Both the position numbers and the translations under genes were made by a program. Under the pieces are notes generated by a model. The model was not told the DNA's origin. It did not search any database and saw only the letters and a program-made list of their open reading frames with translations. A DNA stretch of 64,000 nt, taken from positions 16,926,001 through 16,990,000 of the forward strand of contig NC_067402.1 in the NCBI RefSeq assembly GCF_016432865.1. The letters are read 5' to 3'. Origin of the DNA: Antechinus flavipes. Taxonomy: Eukaryota. Below, in pieces: positions 13,453-25,163 of this stretch. Every line of letters starts with the position of its first letter. Within the stretch, counting starts at the first letter, position 1.

Positions 13453-13522
13453 CACCACCTAGTGGCTTCCTGATTTCATTCTTTATTAATATGGAAGCAT
13501 TTATATGATTGGGTCACGTGAC
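13453..13522. promoter_or_regulatory. Motif cluster between the two 3' ends: CTCF-like, CCAAT box and palindromic E-box GTCACGTGAC
   Basis: caccacctagtggc at 13453-13466, ATTGG at 13508-13512, GTCACGTGAC at 13513-13522. Function is untested. Confidence 0.4.
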
Positions 13523-14090
13523 TGAGCTTGGCTATGAGGGGCTCTCCAGTCATTTGATAATATCACCTGTGTGTAAATTTTTGCTCCTGAGAACTTAGAG
13601 ATTGGGGGTGCGTGGTATTCTCCTCAATTTAATCATAGAGATGGCTGGGATTTTCCCTTGCTGGGTCATATCTCCCCACCCTTTATGGCTTCAGACAAAT
13701 TTCCCAGGTTGCAGAGGAGCCGGGGAGGGGGCGCTTCACTCCCACTTCCCTACATAGATGGAAACCCTGACTTGTACTAAAAATAGAATTTAAATCGACT
13801 TGGAAGGAATTGGAATGAGTAAGCCCCAGTCCTCTCTGGGGCCTTGTCGGTGACTGGACAGACTGGGAAGGCTTTGTTTCTTCCCAGGAGCACCCTTGAG
13901 GATTGTGTCTGCACAGTCTCAGGGCCCATTCTTAGAAAACGGGTCAGTTTTTCACAAAAACATTTTCAAGTCGAGGATCACATAGCATTCAGCACGCCAC
14001 ACTCGGCGTTCTAGATGGGACGTCCAATCTTGTCTGTCTTGAATTTTTTTAGCCTTGCTTTGATCCAGAGGATTTGTTCCAATATTTAAG

Positions 14091-14123
<33 letters not shown>

Positions 14124-14199
14124 GACACAGTGTGGTGAATTCCCGAGTGAAGTAACTGAAAAAAATCAATTGGGAGGTGAGAGAGTAAATCAAGGGTCG

Positions 14200-16340
14200 G
14201 TCTTGTTTTGGGTCAGAGGCAGTTTATTTTAAATGTGATTTGATTTACATTTGTAAGCAGCTTTCTCAACAGGAATTCTTAATCAGTACATCACCTTCAA
14301 TTCCAACAAACCCCTGTCACTTTCAAACTTAATGTTCTTTCCCCCCAACAAAACATATGAAAATATAATTTAAAGCACAGTTTTCACAGACACAATACAA
14401 TACATTCACTATACACGGTATAACAAAATAGTCCCGTCCTTACCTGTTTAGTAATACTGTCACAATGAATAAGTAATTAGAAGCTGGAATTGATTTCATA
14501 GCTGAAAGGAAGTCCCATGCATGATGATTTTATTTTATGACTGTTTAGCTACTAACTGATTCAGCCCGCAGACCCTGGCCCTAGCCACAGCGTGGTCTGC
14601 TCGGGCGCCCCGAGCCAAAGGGGGGCCCTGCCGGGCACCCCCTCGGCACGTCTTCAGTCTGGATCGTCTTTGAAATGGGAGCACTGGGTGTCAGAACCAC
14701 ACTCATGCCTTCTGAGATCTGAGGAAAGTTTTAGAGGGTGTTCTCTTTCTAAACGCTTAAAATCCTCATTAGGAAGGATCCAAGACTGATGAAAGTAGAT
14801 GTTTACACATCTGGCTAACAGAGAACTGTCATCCTTTCAAAAGTTTAGTGAGTGTCCCGAAAAATGAAAGGGCCACCTGCTTCCCAGCTGTGTCCAAGAC
14901 TTTCTATCACACGGGCCCAGGCCACAGGGGAAGAGCGTTGTCACAGGCAGCCCTAACTTGCTTTTTACCAATTTGTTTTGTGGGAAGTTGGCCGTCTCAG
15001 AGCAATTTTTATTGCATAATTAGGCAACTGGTAAACTCATGTTTCAAGAATAGCACTTGGGAGGAAAGAAACCCTCAATGATGGTCCTGTTACTGAGGAA
15101 AAGCTCAGGGATGGTCCCCATAGAAGCGAACGCTACAGTGGGCCGTGTCGGTCACCGTGCTCTCTGACCACCTGCTGCTAGAAGCACTTCATTGTCGGTA
15201 AGGCTCAATGTTTCTTGTGTCGGCAAAGCGATTTATAAAGCTAAACAGAGTTCCAATGGGAATGTGCACACCTTGCGCGTGGGGCAACCCTCTCCCTCCT
15301 CCCCGCCTGGAGGGTCTCCCCTTGAAACATGCTCAGAGCTTTCATCTTGATTTGCTGCCACAGGCACGAAAGGGCAGGAGTTGCAAGAATTGGCAACACA
15401 TAAAACATCAAATCTGTTGGCAATAGAGAACTGCAAAGTGCTTTAAGACTTCATCCGAGGATGAAGAGAGAACTAAATTTCACACACACAATTTGCATTC
15501 TAAGTATTTCAAAGTGTTTCCGAACAGATTTTAGGGGAAATAATTCATTGAATCTTGGTCCTCAAACATCTGATGGGCATGAATCGAGCACCCAGCACCA
15601 TGCCTTGTACTTGGTAGGCACTCGATATGGGATGACGGATGGATGGAGTATGCCTCTTAAAAAGTCATTTCTGACATTAAAATGATTGCTCAGTCACATG
15701 GCAAGATCTTCAGCACTTCAAAGGGGAAAAAAAGATTGGCAAGAAAATATAAAACACAGAAAGCACACCTCTTTATGTATGTTATTTAAGTATGAAAATA
15801 TTTTTAGCATATTATGTTAAACATTCTTATATAATTTCTGCTCCCTAACGACTGGCTAGCCACGGGTCTGAGCTCCCCTAGGTAAGGCATGTTAACCAGC
15901 TGGACGACAGTGGTGATGTTTTGGTTTCCACACGTGTGAGTCGATGTGTCGAGAGACTTCAATCGCATTACGATCTCGAAATGATCTCAGTGCCAGGCTT
16001 CCCCTCCCAAGTCGGTAACACTGCAGGACAATTAAACCTATTTTCCACATGCCCTCGTTTTTATTTTGGGGAAAATATTCTGAAGAGCCTAGAGCTTTTT
16101 TCTGTTTTAGCACCTTATATCAAAGTAATGAAAATGGTGGGTATGGTCGATTACATGTGCAAATGTACAAAATCATTAACTCTACAAAGATAACATTCCA
16201 AAATTACAGAAAAAAATGTAAAGCATGCATTTAACTCTTCTTTTAAAGGGTTGCTGAACGCTTCCCTCGACAAAAGGTGGCTGTTTTCAAAAATCAGCAA
16301 CTGCTGGTGAGGATTTCTTGGCACAGTTAGGACCAGCGGG
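14200..16340 (-). other. JAZF1: JAZF1 3' UTR (about 2.1 kb), poly(A) signal AATAAA at 14223-14228 on the - strand
   Basis: Follows the TAA stop at 16341-16343. The plus-strand TTTATT at 14223-14228 is the most distal clear signal. The end coordinate is approximate. Confidence 0.6.
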
Positions 16341-16517
16341 TTATTGCTGCATCTTCCTGATAATCTCCGCAGACACGGGCGGGTGGAAATTGATTGTGTG
16401 GTGCCGCAGGCCCTGAGCGGTCTTGTAACTCTTCCCGCAACGGCATTTGAAGGGTTTACGGACGCGGATCTGCGTTCGGTGGCCGTTCTTGGCGTGGTAC
16501 TTGATGCCGTTGACATT
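16341..16517 (-). CDS. JAZF1: JAZF1 last exon (exon 5): NVNGIKYHAKNGHRTQIRVRKPFKCRCGKSYKTAQGLRHHTINFHPPVSAEIIRKMQQ*
   Basis: CAG acceptor (plus-strand ctg at 16518-16520); 177 nt to TAA. Completes C2H2 finger 2, encodes finger 3, and is identical to the recalled JAZF1 C-terminus. Confidence 0.97.
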   Translation of the reverse strand, partial: NVNGIKYHAKNGHRTQIRVRKPFKCRCGKSYKTAQGLRHHTINFHPPVSAEIIRKMQQ

Positions 16518-19500
16518 CTGCAAGGGAGAAAGAAATGATCAGTCTGCAGTGACCCAGGCTGCGGCCTGGGACCCGGCAAGAAAGCGGCCCGGCCCTGGGG
16601 GAGGCTGGTTGTGGGATCCCGTTTGTCAGAGGGCCCGGTTTGGGCGATTGCAGATGAGCGGTTTTCCCCAAGATGCTTTTGAGTGAAGCCAGTAAAGATC
16701 AGAATTTGGGTTCAAATCCTGGTCATCTTACTCAAGGCAGCCTGTGGTACTAAGGGAAAAGGGCCCCAACTAGGACCTGGTTGTACCACCTTTGTGTAGG
16801 CAGGAGCGCAGTTGAGACCCTTGCTGCTTCAGTTAACAAGTCCTAGGACCCCAGGGTCAACTCTAAAGCTCTAAAGTCATTATTCAGCCAGCTGCAGTAT
16901 GTGCCAAGTAAGTGACTGAGGCAGGAGAGCCCACTTTTCTCGTGTCTTCAAAAGAACACAAGCGTGCAAAATGAACAGCATTGGGTATGTTTTCCTCTCT
17001 TGCTGCCTTGGACTAATTGCTCTTTACAAAATTCAGCTGTTAGTGCAGACAGCAAACAGTGTGGGGTAATGGCAGGAAATGGGCCTCCCCTGTATTCCAT
17101 GACTAGGAAGGCAAAAGGAACATTTTTAAATTTGGGCCATCTCGGAGGGACAATGCCCCGATTTCCCTAGAGGACCGATCGGTTAGCACTGGGACATTGA
17201 GGGAAACTTTAGGTGGTCACTTCCTACTCTTTGGCTTGTGGCATTTTTAAATGAAATGGACAATTTGGAGATTGTGGATGTGAAATACTCCTTAGAGTTG
17301 CACTGCTCACGGTCTTTTTTGCTGCTTTCCCCCTCTTAACTTGTCACAAAGGTTGATCCTGATCCCTTAGTGGGAGCGGGGGGGAAAGAGATTCTGAAAT
17401 GAAGGTGATGGATAAGCAAGAGCTCAATATTACCGATACTTGTGTTGGAAGAAGCAGCTTTCTTGCAACTTGCTCTCAACCCCAACATTTCCTTAAACAT
17501 TTAAACGTCTATTCCTGATGGCTTTTTTATTTCAACAGGAAGAGAGGTTTCTGAGGAGATGCAGATACAGGATCTGCCTGAGTAGAGGAATCATAGAAAG
17601 GCTGTTTTGTCATCAAGCCCCTTTCCCCACTGCTCAGCCCATCTCGACCAAAATAGTTAAGTTTACTGCAGCAATGTATCTTCATGGAAATTTGTTAGCA
17701 GCCACGTCCCCAAGGTGAAATAATACTTAATCACATAATATACTAGATGTTAAGTTAAAATTAAAATTAAAAATTTTTTTTTTCTCTGACAACTCCTGTT
17801 CTACCTAGAACTGTCAGGGCACCCTCTGAAATCTCCATGTGTTGGGGAAGTGTTCCCTTCCCATTCTGGGTGCTGCCATTGCCGCTTTATAGTCTACAAA
17901 GGGTAGAGAAAATGCAGGAAATGGGGGTGCAGCAGGAGGAGGGGTAAGGAACACAGATGCCATTGGTCTACCAGAGGGACAAAAAAAAGGGGGAGATGTG
18001 TGATGAGAGAACAGAGCCAGTGTCAGGGTGCTGGAAACACAGGGCTGGAGGGGATGCAAAGGTGGGATGGAAGGGGAAAATATCCCCTGACACAGCTGGT
18101 ACAGAGAGAGATCAGGGAAGGAAAGTGTCCTGCTGAGAGCAGCTTCTGGAGGCTGGGCAGTGCCCGGAGTGACATTGGTAGAGATTGTGATATTGGTAGA
18201 AGTGCCCTGGAGGTTGGCATGAAGAGGGCATTCTGGGAAGGGAAGGGGGTGGGCACCTGGCGTGGACAGGAAGGTTTGCTCATTGGGTGGGTTCAGAACC
18301 ACCCAGTCCCAGAAGTGGGGCAGTGGGATGATGCTGACCGCTGAGCATCCGGGCCAGAGAGGTTTGTTAATGGGAGTCGGGCTGCTCAGGGCCCAGTCCT
18401 GGAGGTGGGAGCATGAGGTGGGCCAGCTGCAGAAGCCCCTTATTAGGAACCCTCAGAAGTGCTGCTTCCCTGGGACAAGCAAGCGGCCTCGAGGGAAGGC
18501 GGCCTCGAGGGAAGACGGCCCCGGAGCCTTGACAGTAGCCACGATGGTAAGTCAGGAAGCCGTGTGCGATCCCTTGGGTGCCAGCCCCCCAAGGTGAGAC
18601 CTTGCACTGCCTCAGCTGCTGGAGGGGACTTTTCCTCTCCCTCCAGATCTTCCAGATACATTTGTCAAGTAGGAGGAGAAGCCCAGATTGGAGGCCCTCT
18701 GGGGCGCCTTCCACTTCTGAAATTCGGTGATAACAGTGGTGATTGGCAGGATTTCCTTGGCTCAGATTCCTCAGGCCTTGGGTCGGTCCAGCTTCTATTT
18801 ATTTATTCATCCCTTCATCCCCCCACCAGTACTTAACACGTGCCTGCCCAGGGCCTCCTTCAGGGGAGTTAGCAAACATTCCCGCCTTTGTTTCCCAGTG
18901 GTGCTGCCGGCCTTGAGATGGGCCATTAAAGAATCCAGTCACACCTCGGAGGCCCGGCGAGCTCACACCTTGATGGAAAATGGGGATGAACCGAGCGGGC
19001 ATTCCATGGCACCCATAGGAGAGAAACTCCGTTGCTGCTTACATTCGCTCCTAATTAGGTTGGGCCACGGGTGGAACCAGAGAGGTCTTAAGCCACAAGA
19101 ATCCAGTGGAATCTGAGAAAACCGAGCCCCTTCTGCCCCAGAGCCGTCCGAGCAGACCTGCCGGGATGGCGAGGGCTCCGCGGCCCCTTTCACATGCTTT
19201 ATGTAAACATTTGTGGCCCGTCTGGCGGGAGCTGGGGTGGAAAAGCCAGCCAGGCCCATATATCAGCTTTATTGGGAAAGGTCACCTGACAATCACACGC
19301 TTTGTTGTCCCAGGATTGATTTCTAGGAAGGTAAGAGCTTTAAAGCTCGTGGGCACCTTCGGGATCCATCTATAGTCTATCCTGGTGCAGATCCCGGTGG
19401 GATTCCTCTTCTGGGTCTGAGCTCCTTCCTCCTCCTCCTCAGCCAGTAATGGATCTTTTGCTTCCCAGCTTTCTCTCTGCGATCCCAAGTGGGGATAGTT

Positions 19501-22260
19501 GGGCTATCTGGGGGGCCCTGGGCTCCCTGAGCACCAGGTGAGTGTGCGGGGCTCTGCGTGGAGTTTCAGGGAGGGATGATCCTGACGTGCCCAAAAGGAG
19601 ATACCGAGGACCCTCCCTCCCGGGTGACCAACAGCCTCCTCACAGCCACACAGGATCTCTGGAAATGACATGCTCCCATGTGGACCGACTGTGAACGGCA
19701 CAATATGGACAGTTGCCTTTTCTCAGGGAAAACATGGCAAGGGAGCTGCTAAGCTTGGGGGGAGAGCGGTATGTTGGATGACCTTTGGGTTACACAGGTC
19801 ATCCCCAACAGGGAGACGTCCGCTCCACGGAGCGTATACAGACGGCGTTGTGCCCCCTTGTGGGGTCTCGGTGAGAGCAATACACGGCCTCTTCTGTGCA
19901 GGAAGGGTTTTTTTTACTCTTTATGACTCCCACTTTGGGGTTTTGTTGGCAGAGACCCTGCAGGGGTTTCCATTTTCTTCTTTGGCTCATTTTACAGGTG
20001 AGGAAACTGAGGCAGAGTAAAGTGACTTGCCCAGGTGTAATATTCTTCTCTAAAATATAATATTCTCTGAGAACAGGTTTCTTGGGGGCTTCTGGGAACA
20101 GCCTTCCTTTCAGTTCAGTGTAATCACCCTGGATGCAGCCAGGTATTAGAGTGCAAATCCAAGTCCTGTCTCCTTCCTTGGGCCCGGTTAGCTTTCTTGG
20201 AGGCCCATCTCTGTCCTTGCTTCTGAGAGCTCCTGCCGCTCATCCTGTGCCAGCTTCAGCTTCTCTTCCTCCGCGCGTCTCCAAATCCAAAGGCTTCGGC
20301 CTCCAGCCAGCACAAAGGTGGAAGGTGGAACGGATCTGTCTCCTCTGAGAGCTTCTAGTGGGCTGGTCCTCCTGCCCCCGAGAGCTCCTCCTTAATGTTC
20401 CACCCTGAGTACACATCGATCATTCCATCACTAGGAAACCATATTTGTTGTAGGATTAAATCGCTGCTAAACTAGATTTAACCAGTGTCTCCTCAATTCC
20501 ACTTAGCACCGGTAAGAATCCAACACCCAGGGTCACACAGGAAGGGTCTGAGGCCGGATTTGAACTCGGGAAGGCAGCCCGACCTGGGCTGGGCGTCCCG
20601 TGCACTCTGGGCCCCGGGCTGTCCCCCTTAAGTGATGGGAAAATGTCCAAGGGCCTGACCGTGACTTGGTGATGTGAGGCCTTCGGTCAGCATTGCCTGG
20701 ATGGGAGTTAATATGGAGGAGACGAGAGACATGGGGGACCGGACAATGGAGGCCGCTCTGGCCACCCCTGGAGTCCGGGGGCCGCTTCTGGGCCAAGGAG
20801 GGACCATGTGAGGATCACCTGAGGGGGGAGGTGTTCAGGCTGAAAAGGAGGACCGGGGCCGAGAGGCAGAGTCAGCGGGAGCCCACCCTTCTCTGCCCGT
20901 TCTGTGGCTCTGGTTTCTAACACTCCAACCGGCACCGCACCATGTTGTGCTGTCTCCTTGCCTGGGGCGCTCACCGGCCTGGGGTCTCACCGGCCTGGGG
21001 TCTCCTGGGTCTGGAGCACTCTCTGACCTGAAGCCTCCTGGCCTTGGGGCACTCTCCAGCCTGGGGTGCTCCCCCCCATCCATGCCCACCTCCCTGGGGC
21101 TCTGGCCGCCTGCTCTAGAGCCGCCTCCTCCAGGGGGCCTCCAGGTGTCTCCCAGCTGCTGATCCCCCTCCGGGCATCTCCCTCGGGCACCAGTGGCCTG
21201 GCCCCGTCCCTTCCCTGCTCCCGCTGGCTGAAGAGTTCCCCACAAACGGCCTCCAGAGGGCGCTGGCTCTCCCCAGGAAGCTTCTCCGCCCTCGCTGGCC
21301 CTTCTGCCGGCTGGCTCTGGAGGCCCCATGGCGGGAGGGAGCCAGAAGCTGAGCTTCCCTCTGCTTGGTCGGCCCCGGGGGATGCTCCAGAATCCGGCTG
21401 AGTGAAGAGTGAGGCACTAATTATGCACCGACGGCATGCACAGCACCGAGGCTGCGGGCAGAAAGGGACCATCCCAGGGTCAGAGGCAGAGGATTCCTGG
21501 TCCCGGGGGCAGCAGCCAAACAGTGTTAGCACCTTTTCTTTAGCGTCACTTCTGGGATCAAATCCTCTCAGGAAACGGTCCCGACACTGCACAAAGACTT
21601 GCACAGTGATAATATTTTGGGGGGAAGTCCCTGAAGTAGCAGCTGGGCTGCGCCTCCACAGGGCCCTTCCAAGGAACGGAGGCAGCACCACCATCCCCAG
21701 GCTCGGGGGCTTTCTCCTTGAGGCTCTCACCCAGGGGGCCTCCACTTCCCTCCCTCGGGGTCCCTCAGCGAGGCTGCCTGACCAGCCCCGGGGGGCAAGG
21801 GCGGGCAGCTGGTGGGTGAGTGCCCCCGTCTCAGCAGGAGTCGCCGCCCTGACTGATGGCCTGGGCATCTGAGGCGTGCTGCCTCTCCTGGGCCCCCATG
21901 CCCGAGAGCGGCGGCCGTTCAGCAGCTGTGGCCCCAGGGCTAGGGGGAAAGCCTAAATCTTTGGGCTGGTTCCTCGATCCTGCGGCTCCAGTGGAGCAGC
22001 CAGGTTTTAGTGGATGGTGCCGGGACGGGCTCAAACGATTCACGACAGGGGTGTTGGGGAGGATCCCGGAGCCATCAGCCCCACAGGCCGGGGGGAGAGG
22101 GCCAAGCGGCCTGGACAGGCTCGCATTTTCTCATCTTTTGGAATGAGTTTAGAAATAAGTACAGGGGGTCCCTTGCCCTGATGCCTGTCTCAGGGGCAAA
22201 GCTCCAAGGCCTCTCCCCTGGAACCTGCCGGTAACTGCCCATCTGCTTCCTGCTGGTCCC

Positions 22261-22590
22261 ATCCAGCCAGGGCCCCGTGTCCCCAAGGGCAGGCTGACCA
22301 GCCCCTCCCCCATCAGCCAGGGCCCCGTGTCCCCAAGGGCAGGCTGACCAGCCCCCCCCCCATCAGCCAGGGCCCTGTGTCCCCAAGGGCAGGCTGACCA
22401 GCCCCTCCCCCATCAGCCAGGGCCCCGTGTCCCCAAGGGCAGGCTGACCAGCCCCTCCCCCATCAGCCAGGGCCCCGTGTCCCCAAGGGCAGGCTGACCA
22501 GCCCCCCCCCCATCAGCCAGGGCTGACCAGCCCCTCCCCCATCAGCCAGGGCTGACCAGCCCCCCCCCCCCCCATCAGCCAGGGCCCGTG
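22261..22590. repeat. Minisatellite: five 50-bp units, then two internally deleted units of about 29 bp and a partial unit
   Basis: Unit CATCAGCCAGGGCCCCGTGTCCCCAAGGGCAGGCTGACCAGCCCCTCCCC; ggcccc/tgtgt recurs at 22271, 22321, 22371, 22421 and 22471. Confidence 0.95.
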
Positions 22591-23802
22591 ACGTGCCCCT
22601 GGCTGCTCCAGCAGGTTCCGGGCCTTTCTGCCGGACCTGAGGAAGGCGCACAGCAGGGAGGCTGGAGGCCGGGCAGGGTCGGGAGGAGGCCCCCCATTGT
22701 GTGCCTCAGTTTCCCCACTGCCACGTGAGGAAGCCCGCAGCTCCTACCTCCTGGGTTACTGAAAGGCTCTCCCCCTCCCCCAGCCCTCGGCTGCCTTAGT
22801 TTCCCCTCAGACAGTTCCAGCCCCCAGGCTCCCCTTGGCCAAGGCCCGGCCTGGGAGGGGCAGAGCAGGGCGGGGCAGCTTGCTCCTTGGGCCTGGAGGA
22901 GCCTGCGAGGCTGGAGGCCAAAGGAGAGGCCGGGTCACAGACTCGCCTCCAAATAAGCGTTTTGGGGACGCCGAGTGGGCGCGGAGGGGCCGGCGCAGAG
23001 GAGGAGCCCCCTGCAGGGGCCTCCAGGAGCTCCCCTTGGCTCCTCCCTGCAGCCCGGGGGGAGGGGTGCTGGGCTCGGCTAATCCCGGCTGACATTCACT
23101 ACCTGGGCCTCAGGTTCCTTATCTGTGAGTGAGAGGGGAAGGACTAGGTCCCCCACGGCGGCCCCTCCCGCGGCTCCTCTGCCCCCACTTCCACAACCCC
23201 GGGCTCTGCGCCCCTCTCAGGCCGGGGCCTCCTGACCCGGGGATTAGCGAAGCTGCCCACCCGCCGCCCTTTCGGGTTTTAGACGTCGGGGGTCGCTTCC
23301 ACAGCTGGTTTTTAAAGAGCTGCTAAGACTTCATGGAAAACTTTGGTTTGGGAGCCGCTGGCGGTTAGGGGGGAGGCCCGGGGCTCCGGCCCCTCCCAGG
23401 GAGAAAATCTGCGGGGCCGGCGGGGGAGGGGGGGAGGGGGAGAGGGGAAGTGGGGAAGGGGGCCATTGTGAAATTGTGGGAAGAACGGAGCCAGGGACCC
23501 CCCCCCCACTTCCATTGGAGGGCTCGAGGGCGAGGCCGAGGGCGGGGAGGGGAGAACCCTCGACTGGACTCAAAAACCGGACCCTTGAAAATGTGGCTGG
23601 GTTCTTGATAGTTTGTCTAAAAGCACCTGCCCCTCCCTCCCTTAATCTCCCCCTTCCCCTCTCTCCCTCTCCCCCTCCTCCTCCCCCCCCCCCCCCCCCC
23701 CCCCCCGGCTTTTCCCCAGGTCTGGCCAAATGAGCCGGCAGCGTGACTGTTCAGTCGGTCGCTTCCCGGCAGAAATTTGGAAAAACGAAGATTCCCCGTG
23801 GA

Positions 23803-24430
23803 GTCCCCATCGCTCCCAGCGCCAAAGCTGGACGGGCGCCCCCTCCCCCCCTCCCAGCGCCAAAGCTGGACGGGCGTCCCCTCCCCCCCTCCCATCGCTC
23901 CCAGCGCCAAAGCTGGACGGGCGCCCCCTCCCCCCCTCCCATCGCTCCCAGCGCCAAAGCTGGACGGGCGCCCCCTCCCCCCCTCCCATCGCTCCCAGCG
24001 CCAAAGCTGGACGGGCGCCCCCTCCCCCCCTCCCATCGCTCCCAGCGCCAAAGCTGGACGGGCGCCCCCTCCCCCCCTCCCATCGCTCCCAGCGCCAAAG
24101 CTGGACGGGCGCCCCCTCCCCCCCCATCGCTCCCAGCACCAAAGCTGGACGGGCGCCCCCTCCCCCCCCATCGCTCCCAGCGCCAAAGCTGGACGGGCGC
24201 CCCCTCCCCCCCCATCGCTCCCAGCGCCAAAGCTGGACGGGCGCCCCCTCCCCCCCCCCCCATCGCTCCCAGCGCCAAAGCTGGACGGGCGCCCCCTCCC
24301 CCCCCCCCCATCGCTCCCAGCGCCAAAGCTGGACGGGCGCCCCCTCCCCCCCCCAGCGCTCCCAGCGCCAAAGCTGGACGGGCGCTCCCTCCCCCCCTCC
24401 CAGCGCCAAAGCTGGACGGGCGCCCCCCTC
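23803..24430. repeat. CpG-rich minisatellite, 14 units of about 39-49 bp
   Basis: The core CCCAGCGCCAAAGCTGGACGGGCGCCCCCTCCC was counted 14 times. Units differ mainly in C-tract length and in whether CCCATCGCT is present. Confidence 0.97.
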
Positions 24431-24992
24431 CTCTCCCGCTACTGCCCGGGACTGAGCGCCCCCTCCTCTGAGAGTCCGGAAGAACCCTCAGAACCGGCAG
24501 ACTGCTCGGAAGGGGACGGGGGCGCTGCCAGCTGGGGTCCAGGGCCGGAGGCTCCGTGAGGGCCCACCTGGGGACGGCGCTGGCGGACTCGGGAGGAAGG
24601 AAGGAAGGAAACCGGGAGCACCATCCCATTATCTCACCGGAGGAGTCGGTGCTGTCACAAAACCCGCTTTAGGGGAAACTGAGGCAGAGGGAGGCAATGC
24701 TCGAGTCTGGATCTGAACTCGGGGCTTCTTGACTGCAGACCCAGCGTTCTCCACCCCGGGCCCCGCGGGATAGGCCCTTCACGCGTTGTTAGACTCTCAG
24801 GAAAATGGGGGGACGGCCTGGATTGGGGCCTTAAAGTCGGTCACCTCCCCAGGGCCTCGGACACCTCCCGCCGGCTTTGACCTCTCGGTGCCCCGGCTAC
24901 TCCCTAAGAGCCCGAGCCCCGGCCCATCTGTCCAGGTCTCCAGGTTCCCGGCAGAAGGCGCGGCCTGGGAGGCGCCCGGGGGGCCCCGTGTG

Positions 24993-25143
24993 GGGCTTCG
25001 CCTTATATCGGGCCCTGCGCGGGCTTCACCTTATATCGGACCCTGCGCGGGCTTCACCTTATGTCGGGCCCTGCGCGGGCTTCACCTTATATCGGGCCCT
25101 GCGCAGGCTTCACCTTATATGGGGCCCTGCGCGGGCTTCACCT
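24993..25143. repeat. 28-bp tandem repeat (5 full units plus a partial unit) built from the JAZF1 exon 4 donor sequence
   Basis: Unit GGGCTTCACCTTATATCGGGCCCTGCGC starts at 24993, 25021, 25049, 25077 and 25105, with a partial unit at 25133. Compare the real junction gggctttaccttatag at 25155-25170. Confidence 0.95.
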
Positions 25144-25163
25144 CGCGCCGGGCGGGGCTTTAC

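Noticed and set aside
20809-20819. TGAGGATCACC, matching part of the MS2 operator hairpin
   Set aside because: The lower stem is absent, and an 11-nt match is compatible with chance in 64 kb.
20835-21872. ORFs up to 293 aa (for example 20987..21868 on the - strand)
   Set aside because: Expected by chance at this GC content. Composition is rich in Pro, Gly, Arg and Ala, with no recognisable domain or exon structure.
23803-24430. Short palindromic repeated units resembling a CRISPR array
   Set aside because: The sequence between repeats is only variable-length C-tract, not unique spacers. There are no cas genes and the context is a mammalian intron. It is a minisatellite.
23617-24629. Six overlapping ORFs of 189-292 aa
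   Set aside because: They are stop-free translations of the GC-rich minisatellite on both strands, and the peptides are purely repetitive.
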